Positions 39,723 to 48,856 of a stretch of 64,000 bases of DNA are shown here, piece by piece; the stretch's first letter is position 1, and each line of letters begins with the position of its first letter. Location: the NCBI GenBank assembly GCA_035571795.1, contig DATNBX010000113.1, forward strand, positions 23,055 to 87,054, written 5' to 3'. Both the position numbers and the translations under genes were made by a program. The notes beneath the pieces were generated by a model. It saw only the letters and a program-made list of their open reading frames with translations, made no database searches and had not been told where the DNA came from. The DNA comes from Ramlibacter sp. Lineage in GTDB: Bacteria; Pseudomonadota; Gammaproteobacteria; Burkholderiales; Burkholderiaceae_C.

Positions 39723-40349
39723 ATGCAGCCCTCCACCAACGCCACCGTTTTTATCGTCGACGACGATGCCAGCGTACGGGAGGCTTTGGCGTGGCTGCTG
39801 CGCTCGCGCCACCTGCTGAGCGAGGCTTACCCCGGCGGCGCGGAGTTCGAGGCGAAGCTGCAGGCCGGTTTTTCGCCGGAGCAGCCGTGTTGCCTGCTGC
39901 TGGATGTGCGCATGCCCGGCATGAGCGGCCTGGCGCTGTTCGACAAGCTGGCCGAGCGCGGCCTGGTGCAGGTGATGCCGGTGATTTTCCTGACCGGCCA
40001 TGCCGACGTGCCCACCGCGGTCGACATGGTCAAGCGCGGCGCATTCGACTTCTGCGAGAAACCGTTTTCTGACAACGCGCTGGTCGACCGCATCGAGCAC
40101 GCCATCGCCCGTTCGCAGGAGGTGCTGGCGGCGCGCCGCGAGCATCTGCTGTTGCAGGCGCGCATGGCCGACCTCACGGACCGCGAGCGCGACGTGATGC
40201 GGCTCGTTGTCGAAGGGCTGCCCAACAAGCTGATCGCGGACCAGCTCGACATCAGCGTGCGCACGGTGGAAGTGCACCGGGCCCGGGTGTTCGACAAGAT
40301 GGAAGTGAAGTCGGCGGTCGAACTGGCCAACATGCTGCGCCATCTCTAA
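39723..40349 (+). CDS. FixJ/DctR-like response regulator (REC + LuxR HTH)
   Basis: IVDDD, LDVRMPGMSG, FLTGH, EKP and RTVEVHRARV motifs. Confidence 0.93.
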   Translation: MQPSTNATVFIVDDDASVREALAWLLRSRHLLSEAYPGGAEFEAKLQAGFSPEQPCCLLLDVRMPGMSGLALFDKLAERGLVQVMPVIFLTGHADVPTAVDMVKRGAFDFCEKPFSDNALVDRIEHAIARSQEVLAARREHLLLQARMADLTDRERDVMRLVVEGLPNKLIADQLDISVRTVEVHRARVFDKMEVKSAVELANMLRHL

Positions 40350-40380
40350 ACCTTGCGTGTCAGACCACAAGCTTGAGAAC

Positions 40381-40457
40381 TGGGGGTCAGATCACAATTG
40401 AGGACAGCAGCGTTGCCGACAGAGGAGGCGCTCGTCGAAATTGTGCTCTGCCCCCCA
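40381..40457. repeat. REP/MITE-like inverted-repeat element
   Basis: Arms TGGGGGTCAGATCACAATT (40381-40399) and AATTGTGCTCTGCCCCCCA (40439-40457), 17/19 complementary, with a 39-nt spacer. Confidence 0.7.
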
Positions 40458-40461
40458 CTGA

Positions 40462-40584
40462 CTAAGTGTCTTCCTCGTCCCCCCGCATCGGCTCGCCCTT
40501 CTTGCGCCCCGAGAACATGGTCCACCAGACGATCAGCACCAGCAGCACCAGGGCCAGCAAGGCTTCCAGGAGAATGAGCAGCAT
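40462..40584 (-). CDS. 40-aa single-pass membrane microprotein
   Basis: MLLILLEALLALVLLVLIVWWTMFSGRKKGEPMRGDEEDT: a TM followed by RKK. TACAAT -10 at 40615-40610 upstream. Confidence 0.6.
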   Translation of the reverse strand: MLLILLEALLALVLLVLIVWWTMFSGRKKGEPMRGDEEDT

Positions 40585-41725
40585 GAGCCGTTCCGTTTGG
40601 AATGTTGCGATTGTAGGAATGCTGGCGGGCTGCGGCAGCGTGGCCCTTTCCCCGCCGGATGAAGTCCCGGCAAGGCCGTCCGCTACCCCGTCTGTCCCGC
40701 CCGCATCGGCGAACACGGCTGCGCCGGCCGCACCGCTGCTGCAGGGCAAGCGCCGCTGGCAGCCGGTACCCTGGTCCGAGCTGCCCGGCTTTGGCGAGGA
40801 TGCCCTGCATGAGGCCTGGAATGCGTGGCTCAAGAGTTGCGAACGGCCCGGCCCTGTCTTCGCTGCGCTGTGTCCCGAAGTCCGGCGCCTGTCGATCGGC
40901 TCGGGCCAGGAGCAGCGTGCCTGGATGATGCAGCGGCTGCAGCCGTACCGGGTCGAATCGCTGGCCGGCCCGGCCGAAGGGCTGCTGACCGGATATTACG
41001 AACCGATGCTCGAAGCAAGCCGCCAACCGACGGCAGTGCACCAGGTTCCGCTGTTCCGCCCGCCGGCGAACCTGGCCGGACGCAGGCCGTGGTACACGCG
41101 ACAGGAAATCGAAACGCTGCCCGAGGCGCGCGCCGCCCTGCGCGGCCGCGAAATCGCGTACGTCGCCGATCCGCTCGACGCGCTGGCGCTGCAGGTCCAA
41201 GGCTCCGGGCGAATCCGCATTGCCGAACCCGACGGCAGCGTGCGCACGGTGCGGCTGGCCTTTGCCGCTAGCAACGAACAGCCGTACCGCAGCGTGGGCA
41301 GCTGGCTGCTGCAGCAAGGCGCGCTGCGCGATGCATCGTGGCCCGGGATCAAGGCCTGGGCCGCGCAGAACCCGCAACGGGTCAACGAGATGCTGTGGAG
41401 CAATCCGCGAACCGTGTTCTTTCGCGAGGAACTGCTCAGCGAGTTCGACTCGGCCTTCGGCCCGCGTGGCGCACAAGGGGTGCCACTGACGCCGGGCCGA
41501 TCGATCGCGGTCGACAAGGACAGCATCCCCTACGGCACCCCGGTCTGGCTGGTATCGAACGGCCCGGCCGCGAATCTGCAACGCCTGGTGTTGGCGCAAG
41601 ACACCGGCAGCGCTATCGTCGGCGCTGTGCGCGCCGATTACTTCACGGGCTGGGGACCGCAGGCGGGCGAGCTGGCCGGCCGGCTCAAGCAGCCGCTGCG
41701 CCTGTGGGTGCTGTGGCCGAGATGA
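40583..41725 (+). CDS. mltA: Membrane-bound lytic murein transglycosylase A (lipoprotein)
   Basis: Lipobox LAGC; TGYYEP, QVQGSG, NPRTVFF, SIAVD and AQDTGSAIVGAVRADYF (3D domain) motifs. Confidence 0.93.
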   Translation: MSRSVWNVAIVGMLAGCGSVALSPPDEVPARPSATPSVPPASANTAAPAAPLLQGKRRWQPVPWSELPGFGEDALHEAWNAWLKSCERPGPVFAALCPEVRRLSIGSGQEQRAWMMQRLQPYRVESLAGPAEGLLTGYYEPMLEASRQPTAVHQVPLFRPPANLAGRRPWYTRQEIETLPEARAALRGREIAYVADPLDALALQVQGSGRIRIAEPDGSVRTVRLAFAASNEQPYRSVGSWLLQQGALRDASWPGIKAWAAQNPQRVNEMLWSNPRTVFFREELLSEFDSAFGPRGAQGVPLTPGRSIAVDKDSIPYGTPVWLVSNGPAANLQRLVLAQDTGSAIVGAVRADYFTGWGPQAGELAGRLKQPLRLWVLWPR

Positions 41726-41806
41726 AGCAGGCCGCGCTGCTTGGCTACCCAAGTCGCCGGCGTCGCCGCAAAATGCCAGTGTCTTGCGATCAAAGGAAAG
41801 TGCGTA

Positions 41807-42214
41807 ATGGCGAAACTCGTGGTGTTCGCCCTGGGAGCGGCCGTGTTGTGGGGCTGTACTGGCCCGGCGCCGGCAGCGCCGCCGGTGCCAGCCACTGCCG
41901 CCAGCTCGTCCCCGTCGGCTAGCCCGGCTGCGCCCGCTTCGACTGAGCCGATCAACCCGGCCGCTTCACTTGACCATTACCGTTGCGATGAGGGCGTCGC
42001 GTTCACCGTCCGCTTCGCCGACGACTCGGCGACCATCGATGCCGGGCGGTACGGCAGCGACGTGTTGCTGCGCGACGCCGGCGGCACCACGCCGCAGCAG
42101 ACGGTCTACAGCAACGCGCGGATGCGGGCCGAATTCGGTCTGGGCACCGGTGGCCGCGAAGCGATCCTGCGCTATCCACTGGCGCCCCTGGTGGCGCACT
42201 GCACGCGCGACTGA
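41807..42214 (+). CDS. Lipoprotein, possibly MliC-like fold
   Basis: AAAGGAAAG RBS, lipobox LWGC, Pro/Ala linker, then a domain bracketed by YRCD...AHCTRD. Confidence 0.7.
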   Translation: MAKLVVFALGAAVLWGCTGPAPAAPPVPATAASSSPSASPAAPASTEPINPAASLDHYRCDEGVAFTVRFADDSATIDAGRYGSDVLLRDAGGTTPQQTVYSNARMRAEFGLGTGGREAILRYPLAPLVAHCTRD

Positions 42215-42216
42215 AC

Positions 42217-42702
42217 TCAAGACGAGCGCGCGGCCAAATGCGACAGGGGCAGCGCGCTGCTGGCCTTGACCTCGCCGAGCGAAAAACTGGTGTGCAGGTC
42301 CTTCACGTTGGGCAAGTTGATCAGGACCTTGCGGGCGAATTGCGAGAAGCTGTCCAGGTCACGCGAGACGACCTGCAACTCGAAGGTGCCGGCGCCGCTG
42401 ATGTAGTGGCAGGAGACGATTTCGGGAATCTTGCGGATCGCCTCTTCCATCTCGCGCGTGAGTTCGCCGGTGTTGCGGTTGGCGTCCAGCCGCACGAACG
42501 CCAGCACGCCCAGTCCGATCTTGTGGCGGTCAATCTCCGCGTGATAGCCCTTGATGTAGCCGGCCTGTTCCAGCGCCCGCACGCGCCGCCAGCACGGCGC
42601 GGCCGACAATCCCACGCGTTGCGCCAGTTCGGCATTTGTCAGGCGCCCGTCGGCCTGCAACTCCTTGAGAATGGCGGCATCAAACTTATCCAGCGTGTCC
42701 AT
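42217..42702 (-). CDS. Lrp/AsnC family transcriptional regulator
   Basis: LDKFDAAILKELQADGRLTNAELAQRVGLSAAPCWRRVRALE. Confidence 0.95.
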   Translation of the reverse strand: MDTLDKFDAAILKELQADGRLTNAELAQRVGLSAAPCWRRVRALEQAGYIKGYHAEIDRHKIGLGVLAFVRLDANRNTGELTREMEEAIRKIPEIVSCHYISGAGTFELQVVSRDLDSFSQFARKVLINLPNVKDLHTSFSLGEVKASSALPLSHLAARSS

Positions 42703-42888
42703 AAAGGGGCCATTGAAGAAAGAATCTTGCCATGATAGGCGATACCCGGGCATGAAAAGCAAACACATATCGCCGCGGCGGGCATACACTTTGCAATCCG
42801 CTCAAGGCGGGTACCGACCCGGTGCACGCCTGCCCCAGCCCGGCCCACAAGGCCGCAATTCCCAAAAGCTCCTGGAGACAAGACGTCC

Positions 42889-45800
42889 ATGAACGCCCCG
42901 CTGCCCGAACACATCCGCAAGTCCCTGGAAACGGTCACCCTGGACGACAAGTACTCGCTCGATTACGGGCGCGCGTTCATGAGCGGCGTGCAGGCGCTCG
43001 TGAAGCTGCCGATGCTGCAGCGGTTGCGCGATGCGCAGGCCGGCAAGAACACGGCCGGTTTCATCAGCGGTTACCGAGGCTCCCCGCTGGGGGGCTACGA
43101 CCAGGCGCTCTGGAAGGCCGGCAAGTACCTCAAGGCCCAGAACATCGTGTTCCAGCCGGGCGTCAACGAGGAATTGGCGGCCACCGCAATTTGGGGTACC
43201 CAGCAACTGGGCTTTGCTCCACGGGGCACGCAGAAATTCGACGGCGTGTTCGGCATCTGGTACGGCAAGGGACCGGGCGTTGACCGGACTTCCGATGTCT
43301 TCAAGCACGCCAACCTTGCGGGCACCACGCCCTGGGGCGGCGTCATCGCCGTGGCCGGCGACGACCACGTGGCCAAGAGCTCGACGGCCGCGCACCAAAG
43401 CGACCACATCTTCAAGGCCTGCGGACTGCCGGTTTTCTTTCCGGCCAGCGTGCAGGAAATCCTGGACTTGGGGCTTCACGCTTTTGCAATGAGCCGCTTC
43501 TCAGGCGTCTGGGCCGGCATGAAGACGATCCAGGAAATCGTCGAGTCCAGCGCCACGGCCATGATCGATCCTGCTCGCGTCCAAATCAGGATTCCCACCG
43601 ATTTCCAGATGCCCCCGGGCGGCGTGCATATCCGCTGGCCCGACGCCCCGCTGGAGCAGGAGGCGCGGCTGTTCGGCACCAAGTGGTACGCGGCGCTGGC
43701 CTACATTCGCGCCAACCGGCTGAACTACAACGCGATCGAGGGACCGCACGATCGCTTCGGCTTGATTGCCAGCGGCAAGGCCTACAACGACACGCGGCAG
43801 GCGCTGTTGGATCTGGGCCTGGACGAGGAGGCCTGCCGCCGGATGGGCATCCGCCTGCACAAGGTCGGTGTGGTCTGGCCGCTGGAAGCGCAGGGTACCC
43901 GCGAATTCGCCCAGGGCCTGCACGAGATCATGGTGGTGGAAGAAAAGCGCCAGATCATCGAATACCAGCTCAAGGAAGAGCTCTACAACTGGCGCCCGGA
44001 CGTGCGGCCCAACGTGGTGGGCAAGTACGACCAGCCGGAGGGCGATTTCTCCGGCGGCGAGTGGTCGATGGCCAATCCGACCGCGCATACGCTGCTACGC
44101 GCCAACGCCGACCTGTCGCCGGCGCTGATTGCCCGCGCCATCGCGCACCGTTTGAAGAAACTGGGCGTGGAGGGTGACCTGGGCGCGCGCATCGATGCGC
44201 AGCTGGCGGTGCTCGAAGCCAAGGAGCGCTCGATGCAGGTGCTCGAAGTCAAGGCCGACCGCCAGCCGTGGTTCTGCTCGGGCTGCCCGCACAACACATC
44301 CACCGTGGTGCCGGAAGGATCGCGTGCGATGGCCGGCATCGGCTGCCACTTCATGGCGGTATGGATGGACCGTGCCACCATCGGCTTCACGCAGATGGGC
44401 GGCGAAGGCGTGCCGTGGGTCGGCCAGCAGCCGTTTTCAACCGAGCAGCATGTGTTCGCCAACCTGGGCGATGGCACCTATTTCCACAGCGGCTTGATGG
44501 CGATCCGCCAGTCCATCGCTGCGGGCGTGAACATTACCTACAAGATTCTGTACAACGACGCGGTCGCCATGACGGGTGGCCAGCAGGTGGGTGAGCGACC
44601 CGAAGGGCATTCGGTGAGCCAGATCGCGCACAGCCTGATGGCGGAAGGCGTGACCCAAGAGGTGATCGTCACCGACGAGCCGGAGAAATACGCGTCAGCG
44701 AAACTGCCCCCCGGCGTGCAGGTGCACCACCGCGACGAGCTGGATCGCATCCAGCGCGAATTCCGGGCCATCAAAGGGACGACGGCCATCATCTACGACC
44801 AGACCTGCGCCACCGAAAAGCGGCGCCGCCGCAAGCGCGGCACCTTGGTCGACCCGGCGGTGCGGGTGATGATCAATGATCTGGTGTGCGAGGGCTGCGG
44901 CGACTGCAGCGTCAAGAGCAACTGCCTGTCGGTCGAGCCGCTCGAAACCGAATTCGGCCGCAAGCGCACCATCAACCAGAGCACCTGCAACAAGGACATG
45001 AGCTGCCTCAAGGGCTTTTGCCCCAGCTTCGTGACCGTAGAGGGTGGAAAACTCAAGGGCAAAGCCAAGGCGCAAGCGCCCTCGCCGTACGACGTCGAGG
45101 TACCGGAGCCGCTCCTGCCCTCGATGCAAGGCGCGTACGGCATCGTGGTGGCCGGCGTGGGCGGCACTGGCGTGATCACGATCGGTCAACTGATCGGAAT
45201 GGCAGCCCACATCGAGGGCAAGGGCATCGTCACGCAGGACGCAGCGGGCCTGGCGCAAAAGGGGGGCGCGACCTGGAGTCATGTGCTGATCGGGCAGCGG
45301 CAGGACGACATCCGCACCACCCGGGTGAGCATGGCCGGCGCCGACCTGGTCATCGGCTGCGATCCGATCGTCACGGCTGGCGCGGAAACGGTGCTGCGCA
45401 TGCGCCAGGGACGCACCCGCGTGGCCCTGAATGCGCACAGTGCACCGACGGCGGCGTTCGTGAAGAACGCCAACTGGGCCAATCCGGCAGATGCCTGCGC
45501 AGTTGAAATCGCCAAGGCAGTCGGGCCGGAGAGCGTGGCCGCTTTCAACGCCGACGCGGCGGCAAGCAAGCTGATGGGCGACAGCATCTACACCAATCCG
45601 ATGATGCTGGGCTATGCGTGGCAAAAGGGCTTGATCCCGCTGGGCCGCGAATCGCTGATGCGGGCCATCGAACTCAACGAAGTGGCGGTGGAAAACAACA
45701 AGGCAGCCTTCGCCTGGGGTCGGCGCGCGGCCCACGATTGGGCTGCGGTGCAAAGCTTGCTGGCGCCGGCGCAGGTGGTGGAATTCAGGAAGCGCGAAAC

Positions 45801-46446
45801 CCTGGAAGGCCTGGTGGCGCGGCGGGTGGAATTCCTCACCGCCTACCAAAACGCCGGTTATGCGGACAGCTACCGCACCTTCGTCGAAAGGGTCCGGCTT
45901 GCCGAAGCGCCGCTGGGCAAGACCGCGCTCACCGAAGCGGTAGCACGGTACCTGTTCAAGCTGATGGCCTACAAGGATGAATACGAGGTTGCCCGGCTGC
46001 ACGCACAAAGCGGCTTCCAGGAAAAGATCGCTGCCATGTTCGAAGGTGATTACAGGGTGAACTTCCATCTGGCGCCGCCGCTCGTGGCCAAACGCAACGA
46101 AAAGGGCGAGCTGCAAAAGAAGAAATACGGTCCGGCCATGCTGGCGGCGTTCCGCGTCCTGGCACGGCTCAAGGGCTTGCGCGGCACGCCGCTCGATATC
46201 TTTGGCGCCACGCCGGAGCGCCGCGCCGAGCGAGCCCTTCCGTCGCAATACCGCCGCAGCCTCGAGCAGGTCATCGCCTCGCTCAGCGCGGCCAATCACG
46301 CGCAGGCAGTCGAGATTGCGCGCATTCCCGAGCAGATCAAGGGTTTCGGCCACGTCAAGGAACGCAATCTGGCCGCTGCGCAGGTGCAGTGGCAGCAATT
46401 GATGGCGCAGTGGCAGTTGCCTGAAGCTGGACGCCGGGCAGCTTGA
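42889..46446 (+). CDS. Indolepyruvate:ferredoxin oxidoreductase, fused alpha-beta
   Basis: GYRGSPLGG, FCSGCPHN, GDGTYFHSG, CEGCGDC and GVGGTGV motifs; GGAG RBS. Confidence 0.95.
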   Translation: MNAPLPEHIRKSLETVTLDDKYSLDYGRAFMSGVQALVKLPMLQRLRDAQAGKNTAGFISGYRGSPLGGYDQALWKAGKYLKAQNIVFQPGVNEELAATAIWGTQQLGFAPRGTQKFDGVFGIWYGKGPGVDRTSDVFKHANLAGTTPWGGVIAVAGDDHVAKSSTAAHQSDHIFKACGLPVFFPASVQEILDLGLHAFAMSRFSGVWAGMKTIQEIVESSATAMIDPARVQIRIPTDFQMPPGGVHIRWPDAPLEQEARLFGTKWYAALAYIRANRLNYNAIEGPHDRFGLIASGKAYNDTRQALLDLGLDEEACRRMGIRLHKVGVVWPLEAQGTREFAQGLHEIMVVEEKRQIIEYQLKEELYNWRPDVRPNVVGKYDQPEGDFSGGEWSMANPTAHTLLRANADLSPALIARAIAHRLKKLGVEGDLGARIDAQLAVLEAKERSMQVLEVKADRQPWFCSGCPHNTSTVVPEGSRAMAGIGCHFMAVWMDRATIGFTQMGGEGVPWVGQQPFSTEQHVFANLGDGTYFHSGLMAIRQSIAAGVNITYKILYNDAVAMTGGQQVGERPEGHSVSQIAHSLMAEGVTQEVIVTDEPEKYASAKLPPGVQVHHRDELDRIQREFRAIKGTTAIIYDQTCATEKRRRRKRGTLVDPAVRVMINDLVCEGCGDCSVKSNCLSVEPLETEFGRKRTINQSTCNKDMSCLKGFCPSFVTVEGGKLKGKAKAQAPSPYDVEVPEPLLPSMQGAYGIVVAGVGGTGVITIGQLIGMAAHIEGKGIVTQDAAGLAQKGGATWSHVLIGQRQDDIRTTRVSMAGADLVIGCDPIVTAGAETVLRMRQGRTRVALNAHSAPTAAFVKNANWANPADACAVEIAKAVGPESVAAFNADAAASKLMGDSIYTNPMMLGYAWQKGLIPLGRESLMRAIELNEVAVENNKAAFAWGRRAAHDWAAVQSLLAPAQVVEFRKRETLEGLVARRVEFLTAYQNAGYADSYRTFVERVRLAEAPLGKTALTEAVARYLFKLMAYKDEYEVARLHAQSGFQEKIAAMFEGDYRVNFHLAPPLVAKRNEKGELQKKKYGPAMLAAFRVLARLKGLRGTPLDIFGATPERRAERALPSQYRRSLEQVIASLSAANHAQAVEIARIPEQIKGFGHVKERNLAAAQVQWQQLMAQWQLPEAGRRAA

Positions 46447-46597
46447 GGTTTTGGGGTACCGATTCACCCACCTTCGGGCCGAGTTACAACTTTTTACTCC
46501 GGCCGCGCGACATACAATTAAACGTTTTCGCCATGCGGCATACATGTGCCGGCTTCACTGCGGGCGAACTTCTACAAAACCACCATTTGGAGCCGCT

Positions 46598-46915
46598 GTG
46601 TTCATTTCTTCCGCCTTTGCCCAAACCACCGGTGGCGACATGCAATCTTCATTGATGAGCATGCTGCCCCTGGTGTTGATGTTTGTGGTGCTCTACTTCG
46701 TCATGATCAGGCCGCAAATGAAACGATCGAAGGAGCACCGAGCCATGATCGATGCGCTGGCCAAGGGAGACGAAGTGGCCACCGCCGGCGGCGTGCTGGG
46801 CAAGGTGACAAAACTGGGCGACGTCTACCTCGGCGTCGAGATTGCAAACGGCATCGAGGTGCAGGTGCAGCGCAGCGCGGTCGTGCAGGTCCTCCCGCGA
46901 GGCACCATCAAATAA
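46598..46915 (+). CDS. yajC: Preprotein translocase subunit YajC
   Basis: YFVMIRPQ...LAKGDEVATAGG; GTG start after GGAG. Confidence 0.95.
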   Translation: MFISSAFAQTTGGDMQSSLMSMLPLVLMFVVLYFVMIRPQMKRSKEHRAMIDALAKGDEVATAGGVLGKVTKLGDVYLGVEIANGIEVQVQRSAVVQVLPRGTIK

Positions 46916-46957
46916 ACAAGGACACGCGGTGCGCAGCACCCGTGTTTTCACCTCGAT

Positions 46958-48841
46958 ATGAACCGATACCCGGTCTGGAAGTACGCGATCATCGTGATTG
47001 CGTTGCTCGTGGGGGCGATCTATACGCTGCCCAATTTCTTCGGCGAAGCTCCTGCGGTGCAGGTGTCGTCCGGCAAAGCCACCGTCAAGGTGGACAGCGC
47101 GACACGGACGCGCGTCGAGCAGGCCTTGAACGCGGCCGGCATCAAACCTGAGGCGGTCACGCTCGAGGGCACTTCCGTCAAAGTCCGGCTCGACAGCGGC
47201 GATACCCAGCTGCGGGCCAAGGATGCGATCCAGAAAGCGCTGGTGCCCGACCCGAGCGATCCGTCCTATGTAGTGGCTTTGAACCTGCTGTCGGCCTCGC
47301 CCAAGTGGCTGTCGGCGGTGCGCGCCGCGCCCATGTACCTGGGACTGGACTTGCGCGGCGGCGTGCACTTCATGCTGCAAGTGGATATGCAGGCGGCCCT
47401 GTCCAAGAAGGCCGAATCGCTGGCCGGCGACCTGCGCAGCATCCTGCGCGAAAAGAACGTTCGCCATGCCGGGATCAACCGCAATGGCCAGGCGATCGAA
47501 GTGCGGTTCCGCGATACCCAGACGCTGGAAGCTGCCAAGGCGATAGTGGTCGACCAGTTTCCCGATCTGCAGACGGTGGATGTCGCCGAGGGAACCGAAT
47601 ACAAGCTGACCGCAACGATCAAGCCTGAAGCCGCGCGCCGGGTCCAGGAGCAGGCCCTCAAGCAGAACATGGTCACACTGCACAACCGGATCAACGAACT
47701 GGGCGTGGCCGAGCCGGTGATCCAGCAGCAGGGGCTGGACCGAATCGTGGTGCAGTTGCCAGGGGTGCAGGACACGGCCAAGGCCAAGGACATCCTGGGC
47801 CGCACGGCAACGCTGGAAGTGCGCATGGTCGACGAAGGCACCGACGCGCGCGCGGCCGAACTGGGCACCGGGCCGGTTCCGTTCGGCGACGAGCGCTATC
47901 TCGAGCGCAACGGACAGGCCGTGGTGGTGAAAAAGCAGGTGATCCTGACCGGCGACAACCTCACGGATGCCCAGCCGGGTTTCGACAACCAGACCCAGGA
48001 GGCGGCGGTGCACCTGACCCTCGACGCCAAGGGATCGCGCATCTTCAAGGACGTGACCCGGGAGAACGTGGGCAAGCGCATGGCGATTCTGCTGTTCGAA
48101 AAGGGCAAGGGCGAAGTCGTCACCGCGCCGGTGATCCGCAGCGAAATTGGCGGCGGCCGGGTCCAGATCTCCGGGCGGATGACTACCACTGAAGCCAACG
48201 ATGTGGCGCTGCTGCTGCGCGCCGGGTCGCTGGCCGCGCCGATGGAGATCATCGAGGAACTCACCATCGGGCCGACCCTAGGCGCCGAGAACATCACCAA
48301 GGGCTTCCACAGCGTGGCATGGGGCTTTGCGGTGATCTGCGCCTTCATGGCCGTCTATTACATGTTGTTCGGCCTGTTCTCGGGCGTGGCGTTGGCCGTC
48401 AACCTGCTTCTGCTGGTGGCCGTGCTGTCGATGCTGCAGGCCACCTTGACCTTGCCCGGCATGGCGGCCATGGCGCTTGCGCTGGGCATGGCGATCGATT
48501 CCAACGTACTGATCAACGAGCGGGTGCGCGAGGAATTGCGCGGCGGCGCTTCGGCCCAAGCCGCGATCATGGCCGGCTATGACCGCGCCTGGGGGACGAT
48601 TTTCGATTCGAACATCACCACGCTGATCGCCGGCGTGGCGCTGCTGGCGTTCGGCTCCGGGCCGGTGCGCGGCTTCGCGGTCGTGCATTGCATCGGCATT
48701 CTGACTTCGATGTTCTCCGCGGTGTTTTTCTCGCGCGGCCTGGTGAACCTCTGGTACGGCCGCAAGAAGAAGCTCAAGACGGTATCGATCGGAACGGTGT
48801 GGCGCCCGGACGGCGAAGCCGCTATAACGAACGCTGAGTAG
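46958..48841 (+). CDS. secD: Protein translocase subunit SecD
   Basis: LGLDLRGG, RINELGVAEP, IGPTLG and DSNVLINERVREE motifs. Confidence 0.97.
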   Translation: MNRYPVWKYAIIVIALLVGAIYTLPNFFGEAPAVQVSSGKATVKVDSATRTRVEQALNAAGIKPEAVTLEGTSVKVRLDSGDTQLRAKDAIQKALVPDPSDPSYVVALNLLSASPKWLSAVRAAPMYLGLDLRGGVHFMLQVDMQAALSKKAESLAGDLRSILREKNVRHAGINRNGQAIEVRFRDTQTLEAAKAIVVDQFPDLQTVDVAEGTEYKLTATIKPEAARRVQEQALKQNMVTLHNRINELGVAEPVIQQQGLDRIVVQLPGVQDTAKAKDILGRTATLEVRMVDEGTDARAAELGTGPVPFGDERYLERNGQAVVVKKQVILTGDNLTDAQPGFDNQTQEAAVHLTLDAKGSRIFKDVTRENVGKRMAILLFEKGKGEVVTAPVIRSEIGGGRVQISGRMTTTEANDVALLLRAGSLAAPMEIIEELTIGPTLGAENITKGFHSVAWGFAVICAFMAVYYMLFGLFSGVALAVNLLLLVAVLSMLQATLTLPGMAAMALALGMAIDSNVLINERVREELRGGASAQAAIMAGYDRAWGTIFDSNITTLIAGVALLAFGSGPVRGFAVVHCIGILTSMFSAVFFSRGLVNLWYGRKKKLKTVSIGTVWRPDGEAAITNAE

Positions 48842-48856
48842 GAAGGACCCGTCCAA

